Source: Rebecca billardiae RCC1528
Taxonomy: Eukaryota > Protista > Haptophyta
NCBI GenBank assembly: GCA_965240325.2
Contig: OZ251222.1
Coordinates: forward strand, 3,038,001 to 3,102,000
Reading direction: 5' to 3'
DNA length: 64,000 bases
In this document: positions 20,976 through 32,247 of the stretch, piece by piece
How the letters are laid out: every line of letters begins with the position of its first letter
Position numbering within the stretch: the stretch's first letter is position 1
Translations under genes and position numbers: made by a program
Notes under the pieces: model-generated
Databases searched by the model: none
The model's input: only the letters and a program-made list of their open reading frames with translations
What the model was told of the DNA's origin: nothing

Positions 20976-22568
20976 ATGACGCAACAAGCGCATGCCCAGC
21001 ACGCGGAGAGGCGAGCAGGGCCGCGTCGGGCTCGCACGCGCCCGAGGGAGCTGCTACTGCTGCTCGCACGCGCGCTGTTTGCGCGCGTGCCGCTCTGGGC
21101 ACTAGCCTTGGCCCTCGCCGCTCGCGCGGCTGCCCGTCGCGCGCGTCCGGCAAAGGGCGCGCCGCGGCTCCGCCTGGTCCAGCCGCGCCGCTCTCTGACG
21201 TTCGCCCTGCGCAAGCAGTCCTCGCGCGACACCGCCCCGGGCGGTCACGATATGCCGCCGGTCACGCTCACGCAGCACGTTCTTGACGCGTGCAGCGCGC
21301 GTGACGACGGGCTAGCACGCACACTGCTTGCCATGCAGCTGGCCTGCCGGCGCGTGTCATCGATGATGCGCCAGGGGGTGAAGGGGGTGTGCTCATTTGT
21401 GGACGCAGCTGCCCCCGGTGCCGAAACGTGCGCCGACTTTGATCGGCTCGATGCGCTCGCTGCGGACGCCTTCACAGCGGCGCTCACGATCGAGGGTGCC
21501 GTGTGCACGATCGCACTGAGCTCGGCCGAGCAGCTGGTGTGCGTCCCGCCGGGCGAGGCCCCGTCGGCGCGTGCGGGGGTGGGCAAGCGTTACGCGGTTG
21601 TGGTCGACCCGCTGGACGGGGGCGCAAACGCGGACGCGGGCGTGTCCGTCGGCTCAGTCTTTGGCATCTTCGAAGTGCCGCTCGCTGCGGCGTACGCGCA
21701 ACCCGCCGCCTCACACGTGCTGCGGCCCGCCTCAGAGCTGGTCGCGGCGGGGTACGCCGTCTATGGCTCATCGACGCTGCTGGTGCTCTCGACGGGCGCC
21801 GGCGTGCATGGCTTCACGCTTGACCCGGCACTGGGCGAGTTCGTGCTCACGCGACCGTTCATCCACATGCCGGCGCGCGGCCGCACGTACGCCATCAACC
21901 ACGGGCACAGCCAGCGGTGGCAGCTCGGAACTGCCACGTACGTCGACATGCTCACGCGCGCCTCGCCGCCGCGCTCGCTCCGCTACATCGGTACGATGGT
22001 CGCCGACCTGCACCGGATATTTCTTCATGGAGGTATCTTCCTGTACCCCGCCGGCAGGGGTGCGCCGATGGGGAAGCTGCGGCTGCTGTACGAAGCGGGC
22101 CCGATGGCATGGCTCGCCGAGCAAGCAGGCGGCGCGGCAAGCTCGGGCGACAAGCCAATCGTGAGCCTTGTCCCTGCCCACGCGCAGCAGTGCTGTCCAC
22201 TCGCCATCGGCTCCACCGCGGATGTGTGCGACTATGCGCGGGTGCTCGCTGAGGAGCGTCACGCGCTCGGCGCGGCTGCCGCCGGCGCCAAGGGCGCAGG
22301 CGATGCCGCCAACGGCTCGAACGAGAAGCTGAAGACGGCAGGCAAGGTGCCTTCCTTAACGGGCCGCGCAACAATCAGAGCCACGAACGGTGCGGAGCTA
22401 GGTGTGGCACGAGGCGGGGCTGGCAGTCGCATCGCCAGTGCTGAAGGTGCTGGCGTCGTCGATGCCCCTCCGTGTGCTTCAGCGTGCTTGCCAACTTGTT
22501 CGGCGCCGCCAAGCCGCGGGGTGGTGTCGACTGCGACCGCAGGCAACGCACGGTCGGAACAGGCGTGA
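20976..22568 (+). CDS. Divergent FBPase class I family protein (alternative start 21252)
   Basis: VDPLDGGAN, GFTLDPALGEF, LRYIGTMVADLHR and GKLRLLYE motifs; SEE motif not conserved. Confidence 0.88.
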   Translation: MTQQAHAQHAERRAGPRRARTRPRELLLLLARALFARVPLWALALALAARAAARRARPAKGAPRLRLVQPRRSLTFALRKQSSRDTAPGGHDMPPVTLTQHVLDACSARDDGLARTLLAMQLACRRVSSMMRQGVKGVCSFVDAAAPGAETCADFDRLDALAADAFTAALTIEGAVCTIALSSAEQLVCVPPGEAPSARAGVGKRYAVVVDPLDGGANADAGVSVGSVFGIFEVPLAAAYAQPAASHVLRPASELVAAGYAVYGSSTLLVLSTGAGVHGFTLDPALGEFVLTRPFIHMPARGRTYAINHGHSQRWQLGTATYVDMLTRASPPRSLRYIGTMVADLHRIFLHGGIFLYPAGRGAPMGKLRLLYEAGPMAWLAEQAGGAASSGDKPIVSLVPAHAQQCCPLAIGSTADVCDYARVLAEERHALGAAAAGAKGAGDAANGSNEKLKTAGKVPSLTGRATIRATNGAELGVARGGAGSRIASAEGAGVVDAPPCASACLPTCSAPPSRGVVSTATAGNARSEQA

Positions 22569-22700
22569 GACGTACAGGGTCACAGTGTTCAGTTGCAGGC
22601 TTCACACAGATATTGACTGCTGATGACTCGACGACGACGACACGGAATCGTTATCGCGGATTCGTATCAATCACATGTCCGAATAACTAAATAGTGTCTG

Positions 22701-23624
22701 CTATGATACATCATGTTGGCAGCCGGGCTGCCACACGATCGGAAAGAACTCGTCCCGAACGACGCCTGGCTGGTCGTCTAGCACGTAGCGACCGTAGATG
22801 TAGCCCGGGCGGATGTCCGTCCGAAAGCGCGCGTCACACCGTAGCAGGTGCACTCCAAGTGCGCGTCGTGGCCGTGTCGGCGAGCGGTTTCGCGATGAGC
22901 CGTGCCACACACGCTCGTGGTGGAAGACAGCTCCTCCTGGAGGAACATCGACGGTGATGACGTCGAGGGACTCGCCGAGCGCCTCGGCGGCGCGACGCGC
23001 GGGCGCCTGCACATCATCACCATCATCACCAAAGAATGCTGCACCGGTTTGCTCCGCAGAGAGCTGTGCCCAGCGATGTGAGCCAAGCGCGTACTGCACG
23101 GAGCCCGTATCGGCGTCGGCGCCATCGAGCGAGATCCAGATCGTCACCGAGAGTGGAATCGTGTCCGCGTCGGGGGCGACAAAGTTGTCCGATATATACG
23201 TGCCATCCACGTGGAAGCCAACGCCCGCCGCGCCTGCCGGCTTCCACAGCACGTCGTCCTGCGCAAGTCGCGCACCTCCACACGTGCCCCAGCCAACAAG
23301 GTCGCTCGCCATGCGGCCGAGCGCATCCGAACATGCCACAGCCGCGACAGCGGTGGACGCCTTCCAGCCGTTCACGATCTCGCGAAATGCGTCCGGATGC
23401 GAAATGCCACGTCGCCAATGCCACTCGTCCGGGTACACGCCTGTCGAGAACTCGCCTGCGAACAGCTTGTCGAACTCCGCGACGAGAGAGGCTCGCGTGC
23501 TCTCATCGAGTACATCATGCTTCATCACGAAGCCATCATGCTCAAATGCGGCACGCTCCGCCACTGTGAAGGTCTGCAAGCCACGCTGTAGCTGTAGTCT
23601 ACGGCGCAGCATGAAAGCCGCCAT
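22701..23624 (-). CDS. Phytanoyl-CoA dioxygenase (PhyH) family 2OG-Fe(II) oxygenase
   Basis: FEHDGF, FHVD (HxD), TIWISLD, GSHRW and VWHGSSRN..RRA motifs. Confidence 0.92.
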   Translation of the reverse strand: MAAFMLRRRLQLQRGLQTFTVAERAAFEHDGFVMKHDVLDESTRASLVAEFDKLFAGEFSTGVYPDEWHWRRGISHPDAFREIVNGWKASTAVAAVACSDALGRMASDLVGWGTCGGARLAQDDVLWKPAGAAGVGFHVDGTYISDNFVAPDADTIPLSVTIWISLDGADADTGSVQYALGSHRWAQLSAEQTGAAFFGDDGDDVQAPARRAAEALGESLDVITVDVPPGGAVFHHERVWHGSSRNRSPTRPRRALGVHLLRCDARFRTDIRPGYIYGRYVLDDQPGVVRDEFFPIVWQPGCQHDVS

Positions 23625-23697
23625 CGTACCGTGCGGCCGTTAGCTGGGCTGCGCGGCGGCAGCGTGCGCCCAACCCGCACCCGAGACGCTCACGCCA

Positions 23698-24243
23698 ATG
23701 TCAGAGCTCGGCGCCCTCGGGCAGCTCTTCGCCCAGAGCGAAGCCACCCACCTCGAGCGCGAGCGCGAGGTTGCGTCCACTCTCACCCCGGCGGGCATCG
23801 GTCCCAAGTCCAAGCCAGCGGCACAGCCGGTTGCGCCTGTCGATCCGAACGCCATCTGGGATGCAGACGATGTCGGCGAGGACGATGCGCTCGATGCTGA
23901 CGACGGCCGTGCTGTGGCAAAGTACGATTTGGTGTACAAGCAACGCGTCTCACCTCAAGACATGTTTCTCGGCATCGATCCCACCCGCAACGAGTCCACT
24001 GCATCATGCGAAGACATTGTCATCCGGATCCACCTTCCGCAGACAAAGGGCACGGACATCAACCTCGACGTGAAGAGGACGAAGCTCGTCTTGGAGGCTC
24101 CTAAGCACAAGCTTCGGCTGCATCTCCCGAAACCCGTAGACGATGAGCGCGGCGCCGCCAAGTGGCACTCGGACAATGGCTTCCTGGAGGTCACTCTCCC
24201 AGTGATCGACGACTGGGACGAGAAGTTCGGCAACCTCAGCTGA
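23698..24243 (+). CDS. DNAAF6: Axonemal dynein assembly factor PIH1D3/DNAAF6
   Basis: IWDADDV, YKQRVSPQDMFLG, STASCEDIVIRIHLP, LHLPKPVD and AKW..LEVTLP motifs. Confidence 0.9.
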   Translation: MSELGALGQLFAQSEATHLEREREVASTLTPAGIGPKSKPAAQPVAPVDPNAIWDADDVGEDDALDADDGRAVAKYDLVYKQRVSPQDMFLGIDPTRNESTASCEDIVIRIHLPQTKGTDINLDVKRTKLVLEAPKHKLRLHLPKPVDDERGAAKWHSDNGFLEVTLPVIDDWDEKFGNLS

Positions 24244-24596
24244 TAGTCGTTCATCAGCATCTTTCAGTGAAGCCTGCCGCATCGAGCTTTACCGTAGACT
24301 CGGCAGCGGAGTGGGCAGACTCGCTGGCTTGGATCAAATTCGACAGCCCACGGTCTGAGTAGTGAACCGTCGGTCCGCAAGCATGACAGCAGACGAGAAG
24401 CTTCGGTCAATCCGGATCCCGACCGATTCGCGGGCGACCGATCGGCCCTCGCCCTCGGAATTCTGGATTTTTAATAATATATGATATATAGATTTCCGTA
24501 TAAAAACTCGCCGCTCAAACGGCTGGCACGTCTGACAATTCTATCTAGAGTGATGAGTGTCTAAGACTGATATATAAGTCTACTGTCAGTAATATT

Positions 24597-27290
24597 ACGT
24601 AGGCGGCTGTTCTGCGGCCAGGCAGCGAATACGGAATTCTGTAGTCAGGCAGTCGGAGTCAGTCGCGCTCGGTAGTCGGTACGTAATAAGCACAGTGTAA
24701 CAGTAATAATGCAGCCTATAGCAAAATACTGAGAGTGGGAATAGTGGATGTGATCCCGCGGCAATTCCCATGGTCCGGAATCGGCGAGCCACTGTTGCTC
24801 AGCGGATCTCAAGTCATCAGACATTATGTCATTATTGGGCATTAATTGGACCGTTGGCACGGTCAATAGTCGATCGATCGGACAGGCCGCTGTGCGGGTC
24901 CCGGACGATATTATAAGTCTATCGTACTTCGTAGGCGGCTTCTGCGGCCGGGCGAATACGGATAACGGAATAGTCAGTAGTCGCGCGCTTAGCGGCTACA
25001 TCAGTGATGAGTGAAGCCGAGTCGTCATGGTAAGTTCATTAATATATATATATATATATATGATCGGCTACGCCGATCTTCGGGTAGTGAACAACGAAGT
25101 TGGGGGCGCACGGCCCTAGTGGCTAGTGCTCAGAGTCACCGATCACGCAGCTTGTGAATGTGAGCAGCAGCCGCGGCTTGTGACGACACGGTCGGACGGT
25201 CGGACGGTGCCGGTGCGGCGGGGGCAGCGGCGGCGCGACGGCGTCGGCGGTGGCGCGCTCGCACAGCGTCCTGCAGCACGTAAGCGCAGCGTGACTGCGT
25301 GTGCAGCAGCGCGCCGCTCAGCTCCCGCCGCTCCACGCCGCCGCAGCGGCGCGCGCGGCGCGCGCCCGCTTCGGCCGCGGCCGCGCCCGCCACCGTCCGT
25401 CGCGCCGCCGCCAGCTGCTGCGCCGTCGGTGACGGCGGCGGGTCGAGTGCGGAGAGGAGGTGGATGAGCCAGTGCAGCCCAGACTGCGTGACGTCCACGT
25501 CCACCACCGCGTCCTCCTTCGCCACCGCCATCTCCTCCGCCCGCCCCGCCCCCCAGCGGCGGTCCCACCACCCAGGCGGCGACCGGCCCGGCGCGCGCTG
25601 CGGGCGCCCGCGCGCCGCCGCTGCCGTCGGCGGCGGCGATCGCGGCGGCGAGCGGCGATCGCGGCAGCCCGTCGGGCGGCGGCGGCGGCGCGCCGCCGCC
25701 CTCCGCTCCGCCCTCCGACGCCGCCCTCGGACGCCGCCCTCCGACGCCGCCCTCCGACGCCGCCCTCCGACGCCGCCCTCCGACGCCGCCGCCTCCGATC
25801 CGCCCCGCCGCCGCCGGGCGACTGCGCTCGGATGACGAACCGGCTGGGCGGCAGCGACCAGCCGCGTGGGCGGCGTGACGCGACGCGCTCTCCGCCGCTG
25901 ACGGAGGAGTTGACGGAGGTCGTGCGCGCGAGGTCGGCGGCGGTGTGCGCGGCGGCGCTGGGCGAGTGCGCCAGCCTCTCGGGCAGCACATGCCCCGCCG
26001 CGCGCCCGCCGCCGCCCAGGCTCCCGCGCTCGGCCTCGCGCCGCACCGCCGCGCGGTCCGAGTGCAGACGCCTGTCGACCGGATAGGTCAGATTTGCGAC
26101 GCAGCCTGCGGAGAGGGTGGCGCATGCGGCGGGCTCGGCGGGGTCGAGCGCGCAGTGCGCGATCACCTCGAGCAGCAGCTGCGCCACCCAGTACGCGCGC
26201 AGCATCGGCGCGTCCGGTCGCATCACCCGTGCAGTCCGGTCGCCAGCAAGCCGCGGAGCCGCGGCGGCGGCGGCACGCGGGCGGCCGCCGCCGGCGAGGG
26301 TGAGGACGGACATGCCATTCGGCGCACCTCCCTCGACTGCGCCGCCACCATCGCCCTCGCTCCCTTCAGCCGCCTCCCCCGACGCCTCCGCCTCCGCCTC
26401 CGCCGCACCGACGCCGCCGCACCCGCGGCACTTTGCCGTTGGATCGTCGTCACCGAGCCGTCACGCGCAACTTTTCGTGCCGATCATCATTATTGATCAG
26501 AGTCTGTCCAGGACAGCGTACACCCATTTGAATCAGAGAGCTCTTATTGATCGCAGATAGAGCACAAACGCGTCGATTCATACCCGCATTGGCTTTGAAT
26601 CAGTTGGCAATACGGGGTGAGGAATCTTGAATCACAACCGTGATTATTGACCTTTCCGCTCAGGCTGTCCAGGACACACTCACCACACTATTCTAGCGCA
26701 GTTCTCTTAAGAGAAGAGGGATGCGTCTAATCTAAAACGCTGTTTTTCAGAAGCGCGTGAATCAAAGCTGACGACCCAACCTATCGTTTCTATGGTTGGC
26801 GAGCTGTTTCAGGCTCTTACAATTCAGGCATCTTACTATGACGGAATGTTCTAACACACGGCTGGTGTTATGTGCTATTCCACCCTGCATTCCCCTAAGT
26901 GTTACTATCGTTAAAATTAGCATCTACTACAAACGCAATCATTGCGGCAGCGATATATCCACTCATACGCGGTGGCCACCTACCGAAAAATCCCCAAAAT
27001 CCTGCGCGCATCCTCTTTTTGATTTTGCGGAGCACGTGCGCCGCCCCCCCCCCCGGCTTTCGCTCACGCTCAGACCTTTCGGGGGGGGGCCGTGCGCCAT
27101 TATACTTAAATCAGCCTGATGTAGCTTAAAATACTGGCCCTGGGGATGGTGGATGTGATGGTCCGCTTAGCGAGCCACTCCATGGATCTCAATGACATAC
27201 TGTCATTATTGGACGACATTAATTGGACCGAAGTTGGCACGGTCAATATCGATCGGACAGGCCGCCCGGTGCGCCCTGCGGGAGTCCCGG
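24597..27290 (+). repeat. Decayed ~330-bp tandem duplication; the second copy is split by the 25060-27100 element
   Basis: 24597-24680 resembles 24930-25000 (GTAGGCGGCT..CTGCGGCC..GCGAATACGGA). 24725-24905 resembles 27130-27292 (GTGGATGTGAT, GCGAGCCACT, TGTCATTATTGG, CATTAATTGGACCG, TTGGCACGGTCAATA, TCGATCGGACAGGCCGC). Confidence 0.7.
25060..27100 (-). mobile_element. Family A non-autonomous element with asymmetric inverted repeat and 3' hairpin (Helitron2/Helentron-like), copy 1
   Basis: Near-identical reverse complement of 58685-60570. 5' ATGGCGCACGGCCC pairs with subterminal GGGCCGTGCGCC; terminal hairpin GATCGGC-GTA-GCCGATC followed by AT. Confidence 0.8.
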
Positions 27291-28375
27291 ACTGGCCGCC
27301 GGGCATCGCCGCTTGAGCCGTGCAGAGCCATGTCGGATGCACCTGCATCGCCTGCTGCGCCTTCTTCGATCAGTGATGAGGGCATGGCGCGCAGCCGTGG
27401 GCCACCGCGTCTTTTGGAAGGGGTGAGCGCAAAGAGCAACTGCTCCATGCTTGTGCCACGTCACATGCCCTCCCCACCGCTGCACATCTGAGGACCTCGG
27501 AGCACGTTCATGTTGGCATCGTGGGCGCGGGACCGACTTCCGCGTGTACCCAGCGCGTGATGGGCTCTCCAGGTCACGTATCTTATCGTCTCTTCACGTC
27601 CGCCCAGCCCATCAGCACACCCGCAGCTGGTCTGGTGGCGAGCCGCTTGGGCCAGCAGCATCGTCGTGCTGCCGGGCGCGCTTCGCGAGCAGGTCTGCCC
27701 TCTGCGCGCTCGTGTCACGCGCGTGTTTGAGCTCGGCCAGCAGGCTCGCGTTCACTTGCTCGAGCTGACGAATCAGCGTGTCATTATATGCGAGTCGCGC
27801 GCGGAGAGCGTCGCGCTCGTCCTCGTGCGCAGCCAGCCGCGAGCGGAGGTGCTCCTGCAGCTTGAGCTCGTGCCGCAGGGCCGCGTGCACGCCTGCGTCG
27901 GCGTTGCTGGAGTCGAGATCGGCCGGGTCGGCCGCAGCGATGGCGTGTCATCGTCCAACGACGAGACTGATGACAGGCGCGAAGCGCTGTGTGGTCCTCG
28001 CGGATCCGACCCGCTCGCCTCCTGGAGGACAGCATTTCGCCACCATCTGGTCTCTGCATGCGACTCGGAGCGGCTTCGCTTGCCGAGAGGAGGGCACTTG
28101 AGCTTGGCGCGCAAGACCGGCGGCGAGTCGGTAGAAAGAGAGCGCTCACTGTTGAGCTGCGATCCCGCTCTCGCGAGCTCCTTGACCATGCTGGCACCTG
28201 CTGCCGTGGTCGAGTGTAGGATGGCCACGAGCGCCTGCGCCTGCGCGACGCGCGACCTCAGGTTGTCGTTGGTCACGCGCTCGCGCTCCAGGCGCATGGT
28301 AGCCATGGCGTCAGACAGGCTCGTAAGCTCGTCGAGGATGTCATCGTCGTCCGCTCCGTTGACCAGGAGGGACAT
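27206..28375 (-). CDS. Probable multi-exon coiled-coil protein; exon structure unresolved
   Basis: Coding-like helical segments in different frames (MSLLVNGADDDDILDELTSL..; ..HELKLQEHLRSRLAAHEDERDALRARL..; MEQLLFALTP..). Confidence 0.5.
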
Positions 28376-28844
28376 GTGCCGGTCGGCGTTCGCTGTCGGC
28401 GAGTGTGAAGGGGACAGGATGGACGCGGCTCTGGCACCGGGCAATGTCAAGTTCCCGAAGTAAAGGACCGACAAGGGATTTACCTATGTGACCATGGGCA
28501 AGCCTCTTCAACGACCGCCTCTTTTCGCGGTACCTTCCGTTTTCGCTTGACGTTGGCCCAGTCTCGTGCGCTTGGGACCGGGCCGCGGGAAATGTCCATC
28601 CAGTGACGACATCCTCAGTCTGATCCGGGCGCGCAGATCCGGGAGCCCATGGGGACCAGTCCTTTTAGCCCGCGCCCAAAACGGTCGATTACGACCCTCA
28701 TTTTGGGAGCCAACTACCTCGCGACCACCCACCGAGGCGGGCAGGCGGCGCTTTGCCACTGCAGGCTGCAGCAAGCGCGTCCGCCACTTCGCGCCCCCCA
28801 CTTCCTGGAGGGCTCGGGCGAACCAAAGTGCGAGCGCGAGGGCC

Positions 28845-29549
28845 ATGACCTCGCCCGACGACCCCCTCAAGTCGGCGCTGCAGAAGCGCTACGCGAGCAA
28901 CGAGGAGCGCATCAAGGCGCTCGAGGAGACGGCGCGCATCCTCGAGAGGCTGAAGATGGCGCACGACAGCGCGGTGGACGAGCAGGCCGACCCGGATGGC
29001 GTCAAGCGCAAGCGCCGCGGTGCTGATGCCGATGAGGGGGGGGAGGCGCAGCGTCGGATGGCAGGCTACGCAACGCCGACCGGCGCGTCCAGTGGCTTCT
29101 TCCCCGTCCCGCAGATTCCGCAGGCACAGAATGTGACGGCAAACTCGTCGAGTGACTCTGTCATCACCGACAGCAGAAACCAGCTGCCCCTGCCCGTCGA
29201 CAACGAGGCGGCGAACGACGCGGAGGAGGATGACCTGGACATGGACGACCTGGATGGTGACGAGATTCCCGTCGTGTACAGGTCGGTCTCCTCCTCCGCC
29301 CTGCTAGACGCGCTCTCGCTCGACGCGCACGCTCCCGCCACCGACCTGGCCAAGGCCGCCACTGACGAGCTGGGCACAGGCATCGACGCCATCGTCCTCG
29401 CGGACGATAAGCTCGACAGCCTTCGCGCCCTGATGGCACGAGCCGAGGCACTGCGCCGGGAGCTCGACGAGGCCGCCGAGCTGTCGCTTGCTCGCTTCGA
29501 CGGCATTCGCGCCGAGATGGCTGAGCTGAGTGCAGCCATCCCGGCGTAG
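28845..29549 (+). CDS. Hypothetical protein with coiled coils, NLS-like KRKRR and an acidic tract
   Basis: Intronless ORF with strong GC3 bias from MTSPDDPLK. Confidence 0.75.
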   Translation: MTSPDDPLKSALQKRYASNEERIKALEETARILERLKMAHDSAVDEQADPDGVKRKRRGADADEGGEAQRRMAGYATPTGASSGFFPVPQIPQAQNVTANSSSDSVITDSRNQLPLPVDNEAANDAEEDDLDMDDLDGDEIPVVYRSVSSSALLDALSLDAHAPATDLAKAATDELGTGIDAIVLADDKLDSLRALMARAEALRRELDEAAELSLARFDGIRAEMAELSAAIPA

Positions 29550-30007
29550 TGCGTGGATCAGGGCTGCTCACGCGCCATCGACAGCCGCAACCCACGGCCG
29601 CTCGCCGCCGCCACAACGATCACTCCTCGATTGCCCGAAGTTGCCCCTCACGCCACCTAGACTTTCCCCTTCGCACACTCCAATCGTGCCCTCACCGAGC
29701 TGACAGCATCTCCATGAGGCGCTTGGCAATCGGGCAAGCACTCGGCGGGCCCACTGCCCCGAGTGAGTCCTGCCGCGTGCCAGGGCAGCCGAATTCCGCA
29801 ACTCGCAGGGCGCGGCGGCACCCGCAGCGGCGTGTCGACGGGCGGCCGCCCGGGGGCACCCTGCCCATCATGTTTGCGCTCACCATCACGTATATTATGC
29901 CATCAGCACTCATGATTCCGCCTGATGATGCCATCGAATAACTACTAATAATAAGCGCGCATTTTAAAAATACTCCGCCAGCCGCCAGCGCCTCTATCTA
30001 TCTATGT

Positions 30008-30060
<53 letters not shown>

Positions 30061-30066
30061 ATCTAT
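30008..30066. repeat. (CTAT)n microsatellite
   Basis: Directly visible. Confidence 0.95.
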
Positions 30067-30215
30067 ATATCGTGCGGTCCGGCGAATTACGACATAATCA
30101 TAGTTGCAATGCCAATTTATGACGGACCGTCGATGAGTAGTGTCTAGTGACGAGTCTGAGAACTCAGAAGTACGCGTGATATTTTATAAATATATTCCCC
30201 GGGAATATGGCGGCA

Positions 30216-32210
30216 TCAGCCTGCCACAGCCTGGTCAGCCGCGCAGCGTCGGGGCACTTGCGTGGAAGTTCGCAGGCTGCCTTTGGCCGCCAGCTCGTGC
30301 AGCTGACGGACCGCTGTTGAGCGCGCAGGGCAGACGCCCTCGCCTGTCAACTGGCACGCGCGGAGCGTGCGAAAGCTTGCGCGCGCAAGCGGCTCTGCGA
30401 GCTCCCGCAGAGCAGCTTCGCCGAGCCTGCAGTCATGCAGGCCAAGCCGCTCAACAGGAGTGCCACGAAGGGCACGCGTCACGAGCGCGATAGCCGAGTG
30501 CATGTCGCACCGCCACAGGCTCAATGCCTTGAGCTCGCCGGCATCGAGGCCCACCCGGCGCTCTGGATCTGCCCTGGCAGTCGAGCGGTTTGCTGTGCAC
30601 GGCCGCTTGGGCGCTGGCGCGGCGGACGAGGGCCGCTCGGCACGCACACACTCGACGCCAACGGCTGTGAACGCCGTAAGCCGCGGCGCAGACAGCAAGG
30701 CGAGCGCGCCGCACTCCTCGAGACGTAGTGTCTGCATTCTCGGGCAGACCAGGTTGATCTCCTCAAGGGCATTGTCGCTCTCATGGTCGACTGCATCTTG
30801 CCTGCCCAGCCTGGAGCCGCCGGCGCTGCGCGCGCCCTTGAGGCTGAGGTGCTGCAATCTGCCCAGGAGCGCCTGCCAGCCAGGCGCACTTGCGTCGAGG
30901 TGCCATCGCACGCCCTCGCTGCTGTCGACCTGCAGCACGACAAGCTCCTTGCAGCGCAAAGCCAGCGCAGCCGCTTCGGCTGCTGTCGGCCCACTGTCCG
31001 AGTGCAGCAGCGCCAGACGATGCAGCCGAGCGAACGGCGCCGGGTCGAGCGCGAGCGCCGCTCGAGTGACTGCCGAGCCCACGGCCTCTAGCCGAGTGAG
31101 CGAGCCCGCGAGGCTGGCGAGGGCGCCAAGCGCGCGTGCAGTGCCACCACCACCGATGGCGCCGCCGGCATGCACGCGCTCCAGCTGTGGCGCCTGGCCG
31201 GAGCAGAGCTGAGTGAGCACCTCGTCCCCTTGCGCGCAGCCCACCACATCCACGGTGCGAAGCCGAGGCCACGCAGGCCTGGACGCGTCCTGCGCCTCGC
31301 GCGAAATGGTCGCAAACGGGTACGATGGGAGAAGGTGCACATTGCGCAGCCGCAGCTCGACCAGCCGGGCACGGAGGCGGGCTAACCCGCTTGTGAGCGC
31401 CTCGAGGCTCGGCCGCAAGTCACCAAGCGGCCATGGCCCAGCATTGCTCAGGTCCAGCACCTCGAGATCTGGACAGCGCTCGGCGATCGTGGCTACGCTC
31501 AGCACCATGGCCGGCACGTTCGCGAGGGCCAGCGAGCGCAGCTGCGTCGTGTGCGTCCGGAGCCTGTGACGCGCGCTGGGTGGTGATGCAAACGCTCGCC
31601 CACTGATGGTTGTCGAGCTCAGGTCGAGCGTGTCCAGCGCGGGCAGGGCGAGCAGCAGCATGTACACAGCGCGATCGGCCACAGCTGTGAACGACAGATC
31701 GAGAGATGTGAGTGTCTCGCTGAGCGTCAGGGAGCCCTCGCGCCTGTTCAGGAATCCGAGCCGAACGCTCGGGCTTCTCGCCAGGCTGAGCTCCTCCAGG
31801 TCCGGCAGGCCCAACGCGGCCAGGACGAGCGCGTCCGAAGCATGGCTCATCCGCAGCACTTGCAGCGAGGAGCGCGTGGCCACATCTGTGGACATCAGCG
31901 CGCACAGGTCAGCCTCTTCGTGCCAGGCCACGTCACGCAGATCGATGGTTTCTGGAGCGGATGCAAGCACCAGCCGACGCGCTCGCCAGCTCAGATGCGG
32001 CCACAGACCGAGTGCGCGCAGTTGCTCCTCGAGACTTGAGATCGACGCTCGGGGCAGTGCCTCGAACCAATGTGCCGCGGAGCGCTCGGCGGCCACCTCC
32101 TCAATGGTCATGGCAAGGGTGCGAATGCACAGGTTCGCCAGCGAGTGCACGGCCGCCATGCTGCTTGTGGCCATTCCGATCGGCAGGGAGAAGAGCCGAA
32201 CGATGGCCAC
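30216..32210 (-). CDS. Leucine-rich repeat (RNI/FBXL-like) protein; probable in-frame intron near 30560-30650
   Basis: Repeated LxxLxLS motifs (LEELSLA, LTSLDLSFT, LDTLDLSST, CPDLEVLDLSN). Confidence 0.8.
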   Translation of the reverse strand: MAIVRLFSLPIGMATSSMAAVHSLANLCIRTLAMTIEEVAAERSAAHWFEALPRASISSLEEQLRALGLWPHLSWRARRLVLASAPETIDLRDVAWHEEADLCALMSTDVATRSSLQVLRMSHASDALVLAALGLPDLEELSLARSPSVRLGFLNRREGSLTLSETLTSLDLSFTAVADRAVYMLLLALPALDTLDLSSTTISGRAFASPPSARHRLRTHTTQLRSLALANVPAMVLSVATIAERCPDLEVLDLSNAGPWPLGDLRPSLEALTSGLARLRARLVELRLRNVHLLPSYPFATISREAQDASRPAWPRLRTVDVVGCAQGDEVLTQLCSGQAPQLERVHAGGAIGGGGTARALGALASLAGSLTRLEAVGSAVTRAALALDPAPFARLHRLALLHSDSGPTAAEAAALALRCKELVVLQVDSSEGVRWHLDASAPGWQALLGRLQHLSLKGARSAGGSRLGRQDAVDHESDNALEEINLVCPRMQTLRLEECGALALLSAPRLTAFTAVGVECVRAERPSSAAPAPKRPCTANRSTARADPERRVGLDAGELKALSLWRCDMHSAIALVTRALRGTPVERLGLHDCRLGEAALRELAEPLARASFRTLRACQLTGEGVCPARSTAVRQLHELAAKGSLRTSTQVPRRCAADQAVAG

Positions 32211-32247
32211 GATGGCCGCGCCGTGAACGCCTGAAGGTGGGGTGCCA

